From Myxococcota bacterium (GTDB taxonomy: Bacteria; Myxococcota_A; Polyangia; Polyangiales; JBCCZL01): a stretch of DNA of 32,674 nucleotides. Location: contig JBCCZL010000024.1 in NCBI GenBank assembly GCA_039187775.1, forward strand, positions 1-32,674, in the 5' to 3' direction. Both the position numbers and the translations under genes were made by a program. The notes under the pieces were generated by a model. The model had not been told where the DNA came from. It made no database searches and saw only the letters and a list, made by a program, of their open reading frames with translations. Below, one piece after another: positions 14,241 to 22,793 of the stretch. Position 1 is the stretch's first letter, and every line of letters starts with the position of its first letter.

Positions 14241-16406
14241 CTAGACAGCCCGGACTTCGACGGGGATTCCGTTGAGGGCGGCGTTGCCGCTCAGCTGATC
14301 GAGGTACTCAGGATCGGTGAGGTCGTTGACGCTCTGTCCGGCGTGGGCCTCGGCGACCTTCTGCCGCGTGCCGCCGACGCCATGGCCGAACCCGTGGGGC
14401 AGTGAGACCACGCCCCTCATGACTGCGTCGGTGCTCTCGAGAGTCACCCGGAGCTCTCCGGCGGCGGAGCGCACGACGACTTCGTCGCCCTCCTTTGCGT
14501 CGAGACCGGCGACGTCTTCTGGGTGCATCAGCAAGCTGCAGCGATTGTTGCCACCGACGAGCTTCTCAAGATTGTGCATCCAGGAGTTGTTGCTTCGAAG
14601 ATGGCGCCGCCCGATAAGAACGAACCCGTTGGCCGCGCTATTGGTTCGGGCTTTGGGGAGGCTGTCTCGGAGCCGCTGCAGATCGGCGACGATCTCCCCG
14701 GGGACGAGGTCGATCGAGCGCCCCGCCGGCATTCGATGAAGGAGACACGGGCGAAGCGGACCAAGATCGATCCCGTGCTCGCTCTGGCGGAGGCGTCGAA
14801 GGCTCAGCCCGTGGCGTGGCGGACTGAGACGGAGTCCGTAGGGCCCGGCGCGAAGGCCCGCATCGAGCAGCCGCTCCGGTCCGAGCTTGCGAAGGCCTCG
14901 GGCTTTCCAAGCGCCGCTTCGGTCCCCGCGAAGCTCGAGCAGGCGCTCCTGGAGGCGAAGAAGGGTGTCCCAGTCCGGCCGGGTGTCCCCGCGCGGCTCG
15001 AAGAGCGGCGGCGAGTACTTCGCGACGTTTCGAACCGCGAGCAGGTTAAACGCCGGGTCGAAGTGGCCCCGTTCGAGCGGTGAACTTGCCGGAAAGATGA
15101 TGTCTGCGTGCCGGGTGGTTTCGTTCAGGTAGATGTCGAGGCTCGCCATAAAGTCGAGCCGACCGAACGCCTGCTGGAGGCGCTGTCCGTTCGGCGTCGA
15201 AAGCGCCGGGTTGCCCGCGATCGTGAGGAGCCCCTGGATCTGTCCGGGGCCGTCGGTTTCGATCTCCTCGGCGAGGACCGACACGGGAAGCTCACCGCCA
15301 AACTCCGGAAGTCCGCGGACGCGGCTTTGCCACCGGTCGAAGTGACCGGGGCCCACGCCCATTCCGCCAACGGCTTTGAGGGTATCGAGCGCGGGCTCGG
15401 TGAACATGGCGCCGCCGACGCGATCGAGGTGTCCGGTGCAAACATTGAGCGCATTGATCGCCCATTGGCAGAGCGCGCCAAACTCCTGCGCGCAGGTGCC
15501 GAGGCGGCCATAACAGACGGCGGCGGGCTCCTTGCCGAACTCGTGGGTAAGCCGCTCGATGGTGGCTTCGTCGATGCCGGTGTGCGTCGCGGCCCAGGCC
15601 GGGGTGAACTCCTCGACGATCTTCCGGAGCGCGGCGAGGCCCTTCGTGCGGCTCCCGAGGTGGTCGAGCCGGTCCAGCCCTTCACGGAACACCACATGAA
15701 GCATGGCGAGGAGCAGGAGCGCATCGGTACCCGGTCGAATGAAGTGATGCTCGTCGGCGAGCTCGGCGGTCTCGGTGCGCCGCGGGTCGATCACGACCAG
15801 CTTTCCGCCGCGTTCCCGCAGGTCCCGAAGTCGCTTTTTGATTCCCGGGGCGCTCATCAGGCTGCCGTTCGACGCGGCCGGATTGGCTCCGAGCATCAAG
15901 AAGTGCCGCGTCCGATCGATGTCTGGAATCGGAAAGAGGAGCTGGTGGCCGAACATGAAGAACGACGCGAACATGCTCGGGAGCTGATCCACGGACGTCG
16001 CCGAGTAGCGGTTCTTGGTGCGGAGCGTCCGGAGAAACAGCGGACCGAAAACCAGGGCGCCGAAGTTATGAACCACCGGGTTTCCGATGTAGACCGCGAA
16101 GGCGTCGCGTCCGTGGCGTTCCTGGATGCCAAAGATCCGCTGCGCGGTCTCGTCGAGCGCTTCGTCCCACGCCACCGGCTCGAACCCAGTCCGCGTCTTG
16201 CGAAGCGGGTGGGAAAGCCGGTCCGGGTCTTCTTGAAGGTCCTTGAGCGCCGCGCCCTTGGGGCACAGGTAACCGCGGCTCAACGGATCGTCGTCGTCAC
16301 CTCGAATCGAGATCACCCGCTCCGCGGTGGCTTCGATGGTCAGGCCGCACATCGCCTCGCAGAGATTGCAGGTCCGATAGTGGGTGCGTGGCTGAGAGCG
16401 GGGCAT
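14241..16406 (-). CDS. molybdopterin (Mo-bisPGD) oxidoreductase, FdhF/YdeP-like
   Basis: The N-terminal 4Fe-4S motif is HYRTCNLCEAMCGL...RGYLCPKG (CxxCxxxC...CPKG), followed by a long MopB-type catalytic domain. The ORF extends to 16514, but I prefer ATG 16406 (MPRSQPRTHYRTC...). The true start is uncertain. Confidence 0.8.
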   Translation of the reverse strand: MPRSQPRTHYRTCNLCEAMCGLTIEATAERVISIRGDDDDPLSRGYLCPKGAALKDLQEDPDRLSHPLRKTRTGFEPVAWDEALDETAQRIFGIQERHGRDAFAVYIGNPVVHNFGALVFGPLFLRTLRTKNRYSATSVDQLPSMFASFFMFGHQLLFPIPDIDRTRHFLMLGANPAASNGSLMSAPGIKKRLRDLRERGGKLVVIDPRRTETAELADEHHFIRPGTDALLLLAMLHVVFREGLDRLDHLGSRTKGLAALRKIVEEFTPAWAATHTGIDEATIERLTHEFGKEPAAVCYGRLGTCAQEFGALCQWAINALNVCTGHLDRVGGAMFTEPALDTLKAVGGMGVGPGHFDRWQSRVRGLPEFGGELPVSVLAEEIETDGPGQIQGLLTIAGNPALSTPNGQRLQQAFGRLDFMASLDIYLNETTRHADIIFPASSPLERGHFDPAFNLLAVRNVAKYSPPLFEPRGDTRPDWDTLLRLQERLLELRGDRSGAWKARGLRKLGPERLLDAGLRAGPYGLRLSPPRHGLSLRRLRQSEHGIDLGPLRPCLLHRMPAGRSIDLVPGEIVADLQRLRDSLPKARTNSAANGFVLIGRRHLRSNNSWMHNLEKLVGGNNRCSLLMHPEDVAGLDAKEGDEVVVRSAAGELRVTLESTDAVMRGVVSLPHGFGHGVGGTRQKVAEAHAGQSVNDLTDPEYLDQLSGNAALNGIPVEVRAV

Positions 16407-16535
16407 ACCCGAGGATAGAGAGTTGCCCCCGGCGCGGGAAGCGATCGGAAAGGCCCAAGCTGTCGTGCCCGTTCTGGAAACCGATTGGAAACCCGCCGTC
16501 CTCGAAGTGGTCACTTGACGCGAGGAGCGCTTCGT

Positions 16536-17063
16536 TCAGCGGTCCTCCACGAGGGCCGCGAGTTCTTCGACGTGAGCATCGTGTGCGCCAAGGGAGCGGA
16601 GGGCCTCGCGGAGCCGAAGAAGGTACTCGTCGTTGGGTCCGCTCGGCCCCTTGGACGCGCGAATGTGCGACGCCATCGTCTCTGGTGGGGCGGGGCCGAG
16701 ATAGTGCGGGTTTTCCGTGGTTGCGCGATAGATCAGGCCAGAGACCGTTTCGGCGGGGTCCTCGAGTTCGAGGGGAAGCCACTGCCGGTCGTAGCCGCCC
16801 TGCTCTCGATGATCGAGTTGGGCGAGCACCCCCTCGGCGTCTTCGCTCCCGACGAGGTACGCGGCGCCAACCGTCGAGTCTCCGGTGGCCTCGAGAAGCG
16901 TTACCACCCGCCCCGGGGCTTCGGGAACGCCTCGATGATCGGGCGAGCCCTGATAGAACCGCCGGACAAATCCGTGAAGAACCGCACGGCGGCGGTCGAC
17001 GAATGGAAAGTCGGGCCGCCAGATAAGCGAGCCGTAGCCAAAGATCCATACCGCCGCGTGCAC
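16536..17063 (-). CDS. chaC: ChaC-family gamma-glutamylcyclotransferase
   Basis: The VWIFGYGSLIWRP motif (YGSLxW) is followed by the HGFVRRF..Q core. Start taken at GTG 17063 (VHAAVWIFGYGSL). The ORF extends to 17264 with a hydrophobic, signal-like N-terminal extension that may or may not be translated. Confidence 0.65.
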   Translation of the reverse strand: MHAAVWIFGYGSLIWRPDFPFVDRRRAVLHGFVRRFYQGSPDHRGVPEAPGRVVTLLEATGDSTVGAAYLVGSEDAEGVLAQLDHREQGGYDRQWLPLELEDPAETVSGLIYRATTENPHYLGPAPPETMASHIRASKGPSGPNDEYLLRLREALRSLGAHDAHVEELAALVEDR

Positions 17064-17378
17064 CGTTCGGGGATACCTATGGGGGCGACTCTGTCCATCC
17101 TTTGTCGCGCGATCGCGTACTGCATGCGCTTGGGTGGACTGCTTAGGATCGCGTTGTGCAAGATGGGCTGCCGCGACTCCACTCAAGGCCACAAGCGTGA
17201 GCACGACCGAGAGGGTCGATAGCGTATGTAGTTCAAGAAGCACCTCCTTCCGGTGGCACTCCAAGCCCGTGCCATCGACGTTTCCCGACAGGTGGCGACC
17301 CGGCGATGCCAGGGCGCGTCCTCTTGGCGGTGTGGCGGTCGACCACTGCCAATCGGGCAGGCGTCCGACGGATCTCTG

Positions 17379-20300
17379 CTATAGCTCGTTGTCGGCGCGG
17401 AGCTTGGCGTCGACGCGGCGAATCAGCTCGAGGAGCTGCATCACGTGCTCGTGGAGAGCCTTGGAGTCGGCGAGATCTTGGTTGGCCCGCTGGACCAGGG
17501 GGAGGAGCGAGCGCTCGACCACCTGAAACTGCTGAGCGACGAGGGCACTGACGTCCTGGTTTGGAGCTGCCCCTTGAAGGCCAGGAGCGTCGAGGTGCAC
17601 TTCAACCTTCGGGTGCTGAAGCGCAATGAGGGCCTGCTCGAGTCGGGAGAGCTGGGGCGCGAGGGCTTCCACCAATGCGCTGTGCCCGTTGCCGTTCGGC
17701 TCGGCCGCGTGGGCTTCCTGTGCCTCGCGTCGCGCGGCTTCACGACGCTCGGCGTTTCGAACGGCTTCTAGCCGTTGTTCTTCGGCGCGTCGCTTGTCGG
17801 CCTCGGCCTGTGCCCGGGCCGAGTCCTCGACTGCCTTGCCGAGCGCCTCTCGAATGGAGGAGAGCTCCTGCCCGAGCACCGACAGCGTTCCCGTGACGCG
17901 GGTCACCGGGTCGTCCTCGGCGCCGCCCATGCTCTTTTGCCGGCGAAACTCGGCCTTGATCTCCTCCCAGCGCGCCCGCTGCTCATCGGTCATGCGGCCG
18001 CGCATTTCGGCGAGCTTAAGGAGATTCTGCTCCGCGCCGGTGGTGAGGGTCTGTGACTCCGAGGCGTAGTGGTCGTCGATGAGGCGCTCGAGCTCCTCGT
18101 CATTCATTGCCGAGACCACCTTTTCGGAGAGCTTGTTCATGTTCCGGTAGCTCCCCTGGAGCTTAAACGGGGGCTCGGTTCGAAAACTGTCCTCCTGGGA
18201 CGCCGACTCGATATACTTCAGGTTTACCGCGAGAAGCACGTCGCGGACTTTGAAGAGCCGCTCGAAGACCGCCGTCATCTCCGAGAGCTCCGCCCCCGAA
18301 TAGCCGTAGCTCAGATCGGTGGTCGCGACCTGCTCGCCCTCCGCCATCTTGATCACCTTGTACACATCGCCCTGCTCCCGCGTCGCGAGCGGGGAGAGCG
18401 CCGCGTTCGAGGTGAGCGAGTTCTCGATGTAGCTCAGCGCGAACTGCTGGTCCTTGCCCTCCAAGATATCGCCGAGATTGTAGGTGTCCGCGCGGTTCGC
18501 GAGCATGTCCGGGATCTGGAACTTATCGCCGCTCTCGGTGTACGGGTTTCCCGCCATCACCACGCAGAACTTCTTGCCGCGAAGGTCGTACGTTCGGGTC
18601 TTTCCTTTCCACACGCCCTCGACGCGACGCTGAGCGTCGCAAAGGCTGATGAATTTCTGAAGTAGCTCGGGATGGGTGTGCTGGATGTCGTCGAGATAGA
18701 GCATCACGTTGTTGCCCATCTCGAAGGCGAGGTTGATCTTCTCGACCTCTTGCCGAGCGGTCGCGTTCGGCGCCTCGCCGGGGTCGAGGGAATGCACCCC
18801 GTGCCCCAGCGAGGGACCGTTCACCTTCATGAACACGAGTCCGAGCCGGTTCGCGATGTACTCCATCAGCGTGGTCTTGCCGTAGCCCGGCGGCGAAATG
18901 AGGAGGAGGAGACCCATGAGATCGGTCCGCTTCCCCGCCCCCGCGGCGCCCATCTGCTTGGCGAGGTTGTCGCCGATCATCGGCAGATATACTTCGTTGA
19001 TGAGCCGGTTTCGCACAAACGAGCTCATCACTTTTGGCTTGTACTCCTCGAGTCGAAGCCGCTCGCGGTTGTCTTCGAGGAGCGAATGTCGAGCGTTTCG
19101 GTACTCGCGAAACGCCGGCGCGCGACGGTGGGCAAAGTCGCCGAGGCGCTCGAGGAACTCGTCGAGGCGAAGCTCCATCGTTCGGTTACTGATCCGCGGA
19201 TGTTGGCCGAGGAGCCCTTCGACCTTGATCGCCGTAAGCGCCTCGCTGAGATCGCGATCGAGACTCTCGGTCAAGAGGAGCCCCGCCGCCTCTTCGCTCG
19301 CATGGGCCACCGCCTGAACCTCTTCTCGGTCGCTCGCCCGCACGAACGCCTCCACCCACGCTCGGGTCAGCCGAATACGGGCTCCAAGATTGCCTCCGAG
19401 GCCCGCTCGGTCGTCGTCGAATGCCCGCCGGGTGCCCGCCACGTCGAGATGTGAAAGGAGCAGATCGCGGAGCTTGGCCGCATCGTGGCTCGTGACGAAG
19501 CGTGGTCGTTCCTCGCCGATCTCGTCGACCAGGTAGCGTCCGGCGAGAAGGCATTCCTCTTCGGAGGCTTCGACGCTGCGTTCTTGAAAGAACGCGTGAA
19601 TCTGGGTGCCAAGCTCCTCGCCAAACGCCGCGCGCTCGCCGGTGGGCCCGAACGCCTCGGTGAGTCGGCCGAGGCTGTATGCCCGTTGGTGGAGCTCCGC
19701 GCGAAGCGAGCCGTCGGAAAGGTGCGCCCAGTACAGGCAGCCAAGGGTCCGCGGCCCCGGCGGATAACGAAGGAGTGCCGCCGAGTCCCGGAGCACGAGA
19801 ATCTTCTCGAGGATCAGGGCCGCGTCGGCGTCGTGCACCCCTCGCTCGTAGCCCTCGTCGTAGCGATCTGCGGCCACCTTTCGGACGAGTCCGAGCAGGC
19901 CCCCGTCGTTTCGCTCCGCTTCGTGGAGGGCCGCAACGGAGAGCTGCTGGCTCTCCGCCTCCGCCGAAAAGAGGATGCTCGCGGCGAGATATTCGCCCCG
20001 ATACACCTCGCGGGTTTCGGAAATGTACTGCTGGTCCCAGAACGGCTCGGTCTTTCGAAAGTCCGCGTCCTCGACGAGTTCGTAGAAGTTCGTTCCCGTG
20101 AGGTGGAGCGCCATCTCGCCTTCGCGGGGCACGAGCGATAGCTCGAGGGGCTGGGTGTTCACGGTGAAGCGATGTTTGCCGAACTTGATGAGGTCTTCGC
20201 CTTCCTCGAAGAGCTCGAGCTTGTCCCGCATCGCCCGGAGCGAGTCCTGTCGGGCGGTCTTGAGGCGGGCTTCGACCTCCTCGGCCTTGACCGAGTCGTC

Positions 20301-22784
20301 GAGCTCGCGGAGCTGCTCCACGATTTGGCGGAGCTTCATCACCATCGGGTCGGACGCAAAGTAGGCGTTGAGCTCGTCCTGCTCCTTGAAGCTGCGCCAA
20401 CGCCGACCTACTCCTTCAAGAATTCGGTGGGCCGCGTTCATCAGGTTCTCTGCGCGGCGCTGGCGCTCATCGAGGAGGGCCTGCTTCTTCGAGCTGAACG
20501 CGTCGTAGATCTCTTCGCGTTTTTTGCCGATGTCTTCAAGGAACTCGTCGAAGTCGGAAAAGCGCGCCTCGAGCTCTTCGAGCTGCACCATCAACCGCGA
20601 GAGCTGCTCGTCGGTGCGTTCCGGCGTATCCGCGAGGGTGAGGCCGCTCGAAACGCTCTGCCCGAGGAGATTAAACTGTGCGGCGAACTCCGCTCGACCC
20701 TCCCGTCCGAGGAGCTCCTGCCGCTTGGCGGTGAGGGTGGCTCGGGTGCGGTTGAGCTGAGAGAAGACCTCGCTGATCGCCTCGAGAATTCGCGTACGTG
20801 CCGTGGCGTCGTCGACCTCGAGGCCGGCGACCACTTCGCTGATCACGTTGAGTCCTTCGCTTACCTTCTCGAGGCGTTCGATCAGCGGGTTGATGTCCGC
20901 GACTCGATCGACCTCGTCGGTCTTTTCGAGGAGGCCTTCGAGCTCGGCGATCACCGGCTTGAGCGCGTCGTCTCGGAGGAGAAACTGCACGCACTCTCGA
21001 CTGACGCGGTCGAAGTGCTTGACGACCTCGTCTTCGTTCTTCTGAATCGCGTCGAGGTCGATGTAGCGGATGTCCCGAAGGGTGATGAGATGACCCCGCT
21101 GGTGCCGAAGCGCGGTGAGGACGCCCATGTACGCGTCGACGCTCTGGAGCTCCTCGGTGTGCACCCGGCGCACGAGTTCGGTCTGTTCGGCTTCGGCCTT
21201 TTCCAGGGCCTCCCGAGCCCGGGTCTGCATCGCGAGGACCTTTTCGAACTCGTCGATCACGAGCTCGGCGGTGCGCTTGATCTCGTCCAGCACCGGCTTG
21301 AGCCCGACTTCGTCGTTGGCGAGCCAGTAATAGGCATCGAGGATGCGGTTGGTGGATTCGACGAGGTCGTCGTAGGTGTACCGCCGCGGGTCTTCCCGGT
21401 CGATGAGGCGCTTGATGCTGTAGGCATCGGAGATCCCTCGGACGAGCTCTGCGTTTCCGACCTTCGCGAGAAACGAGCCGTCGGTGGGCGCCGCCGCTGC
21501 GTGTTCCGCGCTGAAGAACGGCGTTCGCCAGATCTGCATCGGGTGGACCCGAGTCGGCTCGTCGCTCAGGGCGCGAAACACGAGCATTTGGCCGTCATCG
21601 AAGATCGAAAAGCCGTGGCACTGAATCGGGGTCTGGGCCTCTTTTCGAATCAGGTTGTACGGAAGAAGTTCGTAGCGGCCTTCGTCCTTCCGGTGGAACA
21701 CGTAGAGGACATCCTCGCCGTTCGGCGACTTGATGACCCGCTTCATCTGCAGGCCTTCGCGCTCCGCATCGAAGATCTTGTATTCGCCGGTTTGGAGGTA
21801 ATAGCCGCCGGGAAAGATGATTCCGTGGTCCTCGGGAAGCTGGCGGCAGGCTTCCCCGACCGCATCGATTCGATGCACCGACTGCTCGCGCGCGTTGAAG
21901 ACGAGGTAGCGAAACTTCGCCTCTCGGAACGGGAGGATTTTTAGGAGGAGCAGGCCTCCGAGCTTGGCGTAGTAGAACTCGCCGTCATCGAGGGTCTGAT
22001 TCGGGTCTTCGACCGGCTCCGCGTAGATGCCGCGGCCACTTTCGGTGTTGTTCTCGACTTTGATCGTGAGGTCGCCGCCGGTCGTCTCGATGAAGCACTC
22101 GTCGAGGATCGAAAGGTGGGGGAAGCGGCCGGTGACCTGATGGTCGCGGGTGGTTTGCGTCCACTCGAAGTCGTACGGCGGCGGCAGTACATGATCCCGA
22201 TCGCCGCGGCCGTCCATGTAGGAGAGCGTGCCGTCGGGGTGCACTTTCCAGCGGAAGACTTTGACCTCGTCGATAGTGGCCCCCGTCTGGAAAAGTGCGA
22301 GGAGCCGGGTGTCGGTCTTTCGAAGCTGAACGAGCCGGGTCTTGTCGTAATAGCGGTACAGTTCCTGGAACTCTTTGACGAACGCCGGGTCGGCGAGGAA
22401 CGCGTCGCCAGCCTCTCGATCGACTTCCCCAAAGTCGTAGGCGCCGTCGTTCACCGCAAACTTGTGAAGGCTGAACACGTCGGAGACATCGGTCTCCTTC
22501 TTGAGGCCTACGAACACGTTGTAGCCAAAGAGGACCTGGCCCTGGACGTTGAGGATGTCGCGCGGGACGCAGTTATTTTCGGTGCGGATGCGCTCGTTGG
22601 CGATGACCTCGAGTTCGGTGCCGCCGAAGACTTCTTTTCGCCGGGCGTTGAGCGCTTCGATCTGTTGCCCGAGGGCTTTCCCTTGGGCGATCAGCCGGTT
22701 GCGGATGACCTCGTAGTTGCCTCCTTCGAGGGAGCCTTCCGCACCTTCCGGGGTTTCTTCGCCCGCTGAGGCTTCGTCCGCCAT
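17379..22784 (-). CDS. giant (1801 aa) coiled-coil protein with a single AAA_5 (MoxR/McrB-like) ATPase module; function unknown
   Basis: It has a Walker A LISPPGYGKTTLMEYIANRLG (about residue 1297; nt about 18870-18900), a Walker B VMLYLDDIQ and a sensor-1-like FCVVMAGNPYTE. There is a globular N-terminal region of about 450 aa. Long Glu/Leu/Arg/Ala-rich predicted coiled coils flank the ATPase. The start lies 9 nt downstream of the flotillin stop. Confidence 0.85.
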   Translation of the reverse strand: MADEASAGEETPEGAEGSLEGGNYEVIRNRLIAQGKALGQQIEALNARRKEVFGGTELEVIANERIRTENNCVPRDILNVQGQVLFGYNVFVGLKKETDVSDVFSLHKFAVNDGAYDFGEVDREAGDAFLADPAFVKEFQELYRYYDKTRLVQLRKTDTRLLALFQTGATIDEVKVFRWKVHPDGTLSYMDGRGDRDHVLPPPYDFEWTQTTRDHQVTGRFPHLSILDECFIETTGGDLTIKVENNTESGRGIYAEPVEDPNQTLDDGEFYYAKLGGLLLLKILPFREAKFRYLVFNAREQSVHRIDAVGEACRQLPEDHGIIFPGGYYLQTGEYKIFDAEREGLQMKRVIKSPNGEDVLYVFHRKDEGRYELLPYNLIRKEAQTPIQCHGFSIFDDGQMLVFRALSDEPTRVHPMQIWRTPFFSAEHAAAAPTDGSFLAKVGNAELVRGISDAYSIKRLIDREDPRRYTYDDLVESTNRILDAYYWLANDEVGLKPVLDEIKRTAELVIDEFEKVLAMQTRAREALEKAEAEQTELVRRVHTEELQSVDAYMGVLTALRHQRGHLITLRDIRYIDLDAIQKNEDEVVKHFDRVSRECVQFLLRDDALKPVIAELEGLLEKTDEVDRVADINPLIERLEKVSEGLNVISEVVAGLEVDDATARTRILEAISEVFSQLNRTRATLTAKRQELLGREGRAEFAAQFNLLGQSVSSGLTLADTPERTDEQLSRLMVQLEELEARFSDFDEFLEDIGKKREEIYDAFSSKKQALLDERQRRAENLMNAAHRILEGVGRRWRSFKEQDELNAYFASDPMVMKLRQIVEQLRELDDSVKAEEVEARLKTARQDSLRAMRDKLELFEEGEDLIKFGKHRFTVNTQPLELSLVPREGEMALHLTGTNFYELVEDADFRKTEPFWDQQYISETREVYRGEYLAASILFSAEAESQQLSVAALHEAERNDGGLLGLVRKVAADRYDEGYERGVHDADAALILEKILVLRDSAALLRYPPGPRTLGCLYWAHLSDGSLRAELHQRAYSLGRLTEAFGPTGERAAFGEELGTQIHAFFQERSVEASEEECLLAGRYLVDEIGEERPRFVTSHDAAKLRDLLLSHLDVAGTRRAFDDDRAGLGGNLGARIRLTRAWVEAFVRASDREEVQAVAHASEEAAGLLLTESLDRDLSEALTAIKVEGLLGQHPRISNRTMELRLDEFLERLGDFAHRRAPAFREYRNARHSLLEDNRERLRLEEYKPKVMSSFVRNRLINEVYLPMIGDNLAKQMGAAGAGKRTDLMGLLLLISPPGYGKTTLMEYIANRLGLVFMKVNGPSLGHGVHSLDPGEAPNATARQEVEKINLAFEMGNNVMLYLDDIQHTHPELLQKFISLCDAQRRVEGVWKGKTRTYDLRGKKFCVVMAGNPYTESGDKFQIPDMLANRADTYNLGDILEGKDQQFALSYIENSLTSNAALSPLATREQGDVYKVIKMAEGEQVATTDLSYGYSGAELSEMTAVFERLFKVRDVLLAVNLKYIESASQEDSFRTEPPFKLQGSYRNMNKLSEKVVSAMNDEELERLIDDHYASESQTLTTGAEQNLLKLAEMRGRMTDEQRARWEEIKAEFRRQKSMGGAEDDPVTRVTGTLSVLGQELSSIREALGKAVEDSARAQAEADKRRAEEQRLEAVRNAERREAARREAQEAHAAEPNGNGHSALVEALAPQLSRLEQALIALQHPKVEVHLDAPGLQGAAPNQDVSALVAQQFQVVERSLLPLVQRANQDLADSKALHEHVMQLLELIRRVDAKLRADNEL

Positions 22785-22793
22785 CGGACCCGG

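Noticed and set aside
15108-16418. 436-aa + strand ORF opposite the molybdopterin oxidoreductase
   Set aside because: Antisense to a gene with Mo-bisPGD Fe-S and CPKG motifs. Low-complexity Arg/Glu/Ala composition.
17445-22769. Several + strand ORFs opposite the giant ATPase gene (18069..18665, 18672..19454, 19485..20141, 20172..21944 at 590 aa, 22116..22769) and the 19186..20400 Arg/Gly-rich frame
   Set aside because: All lie antisense or out-of-frame to a 1801-aa ORF with clear ATPase motifs. They are Arg/Gly/Pro-rich with the compositional bias typical of high-GC shadow frames.
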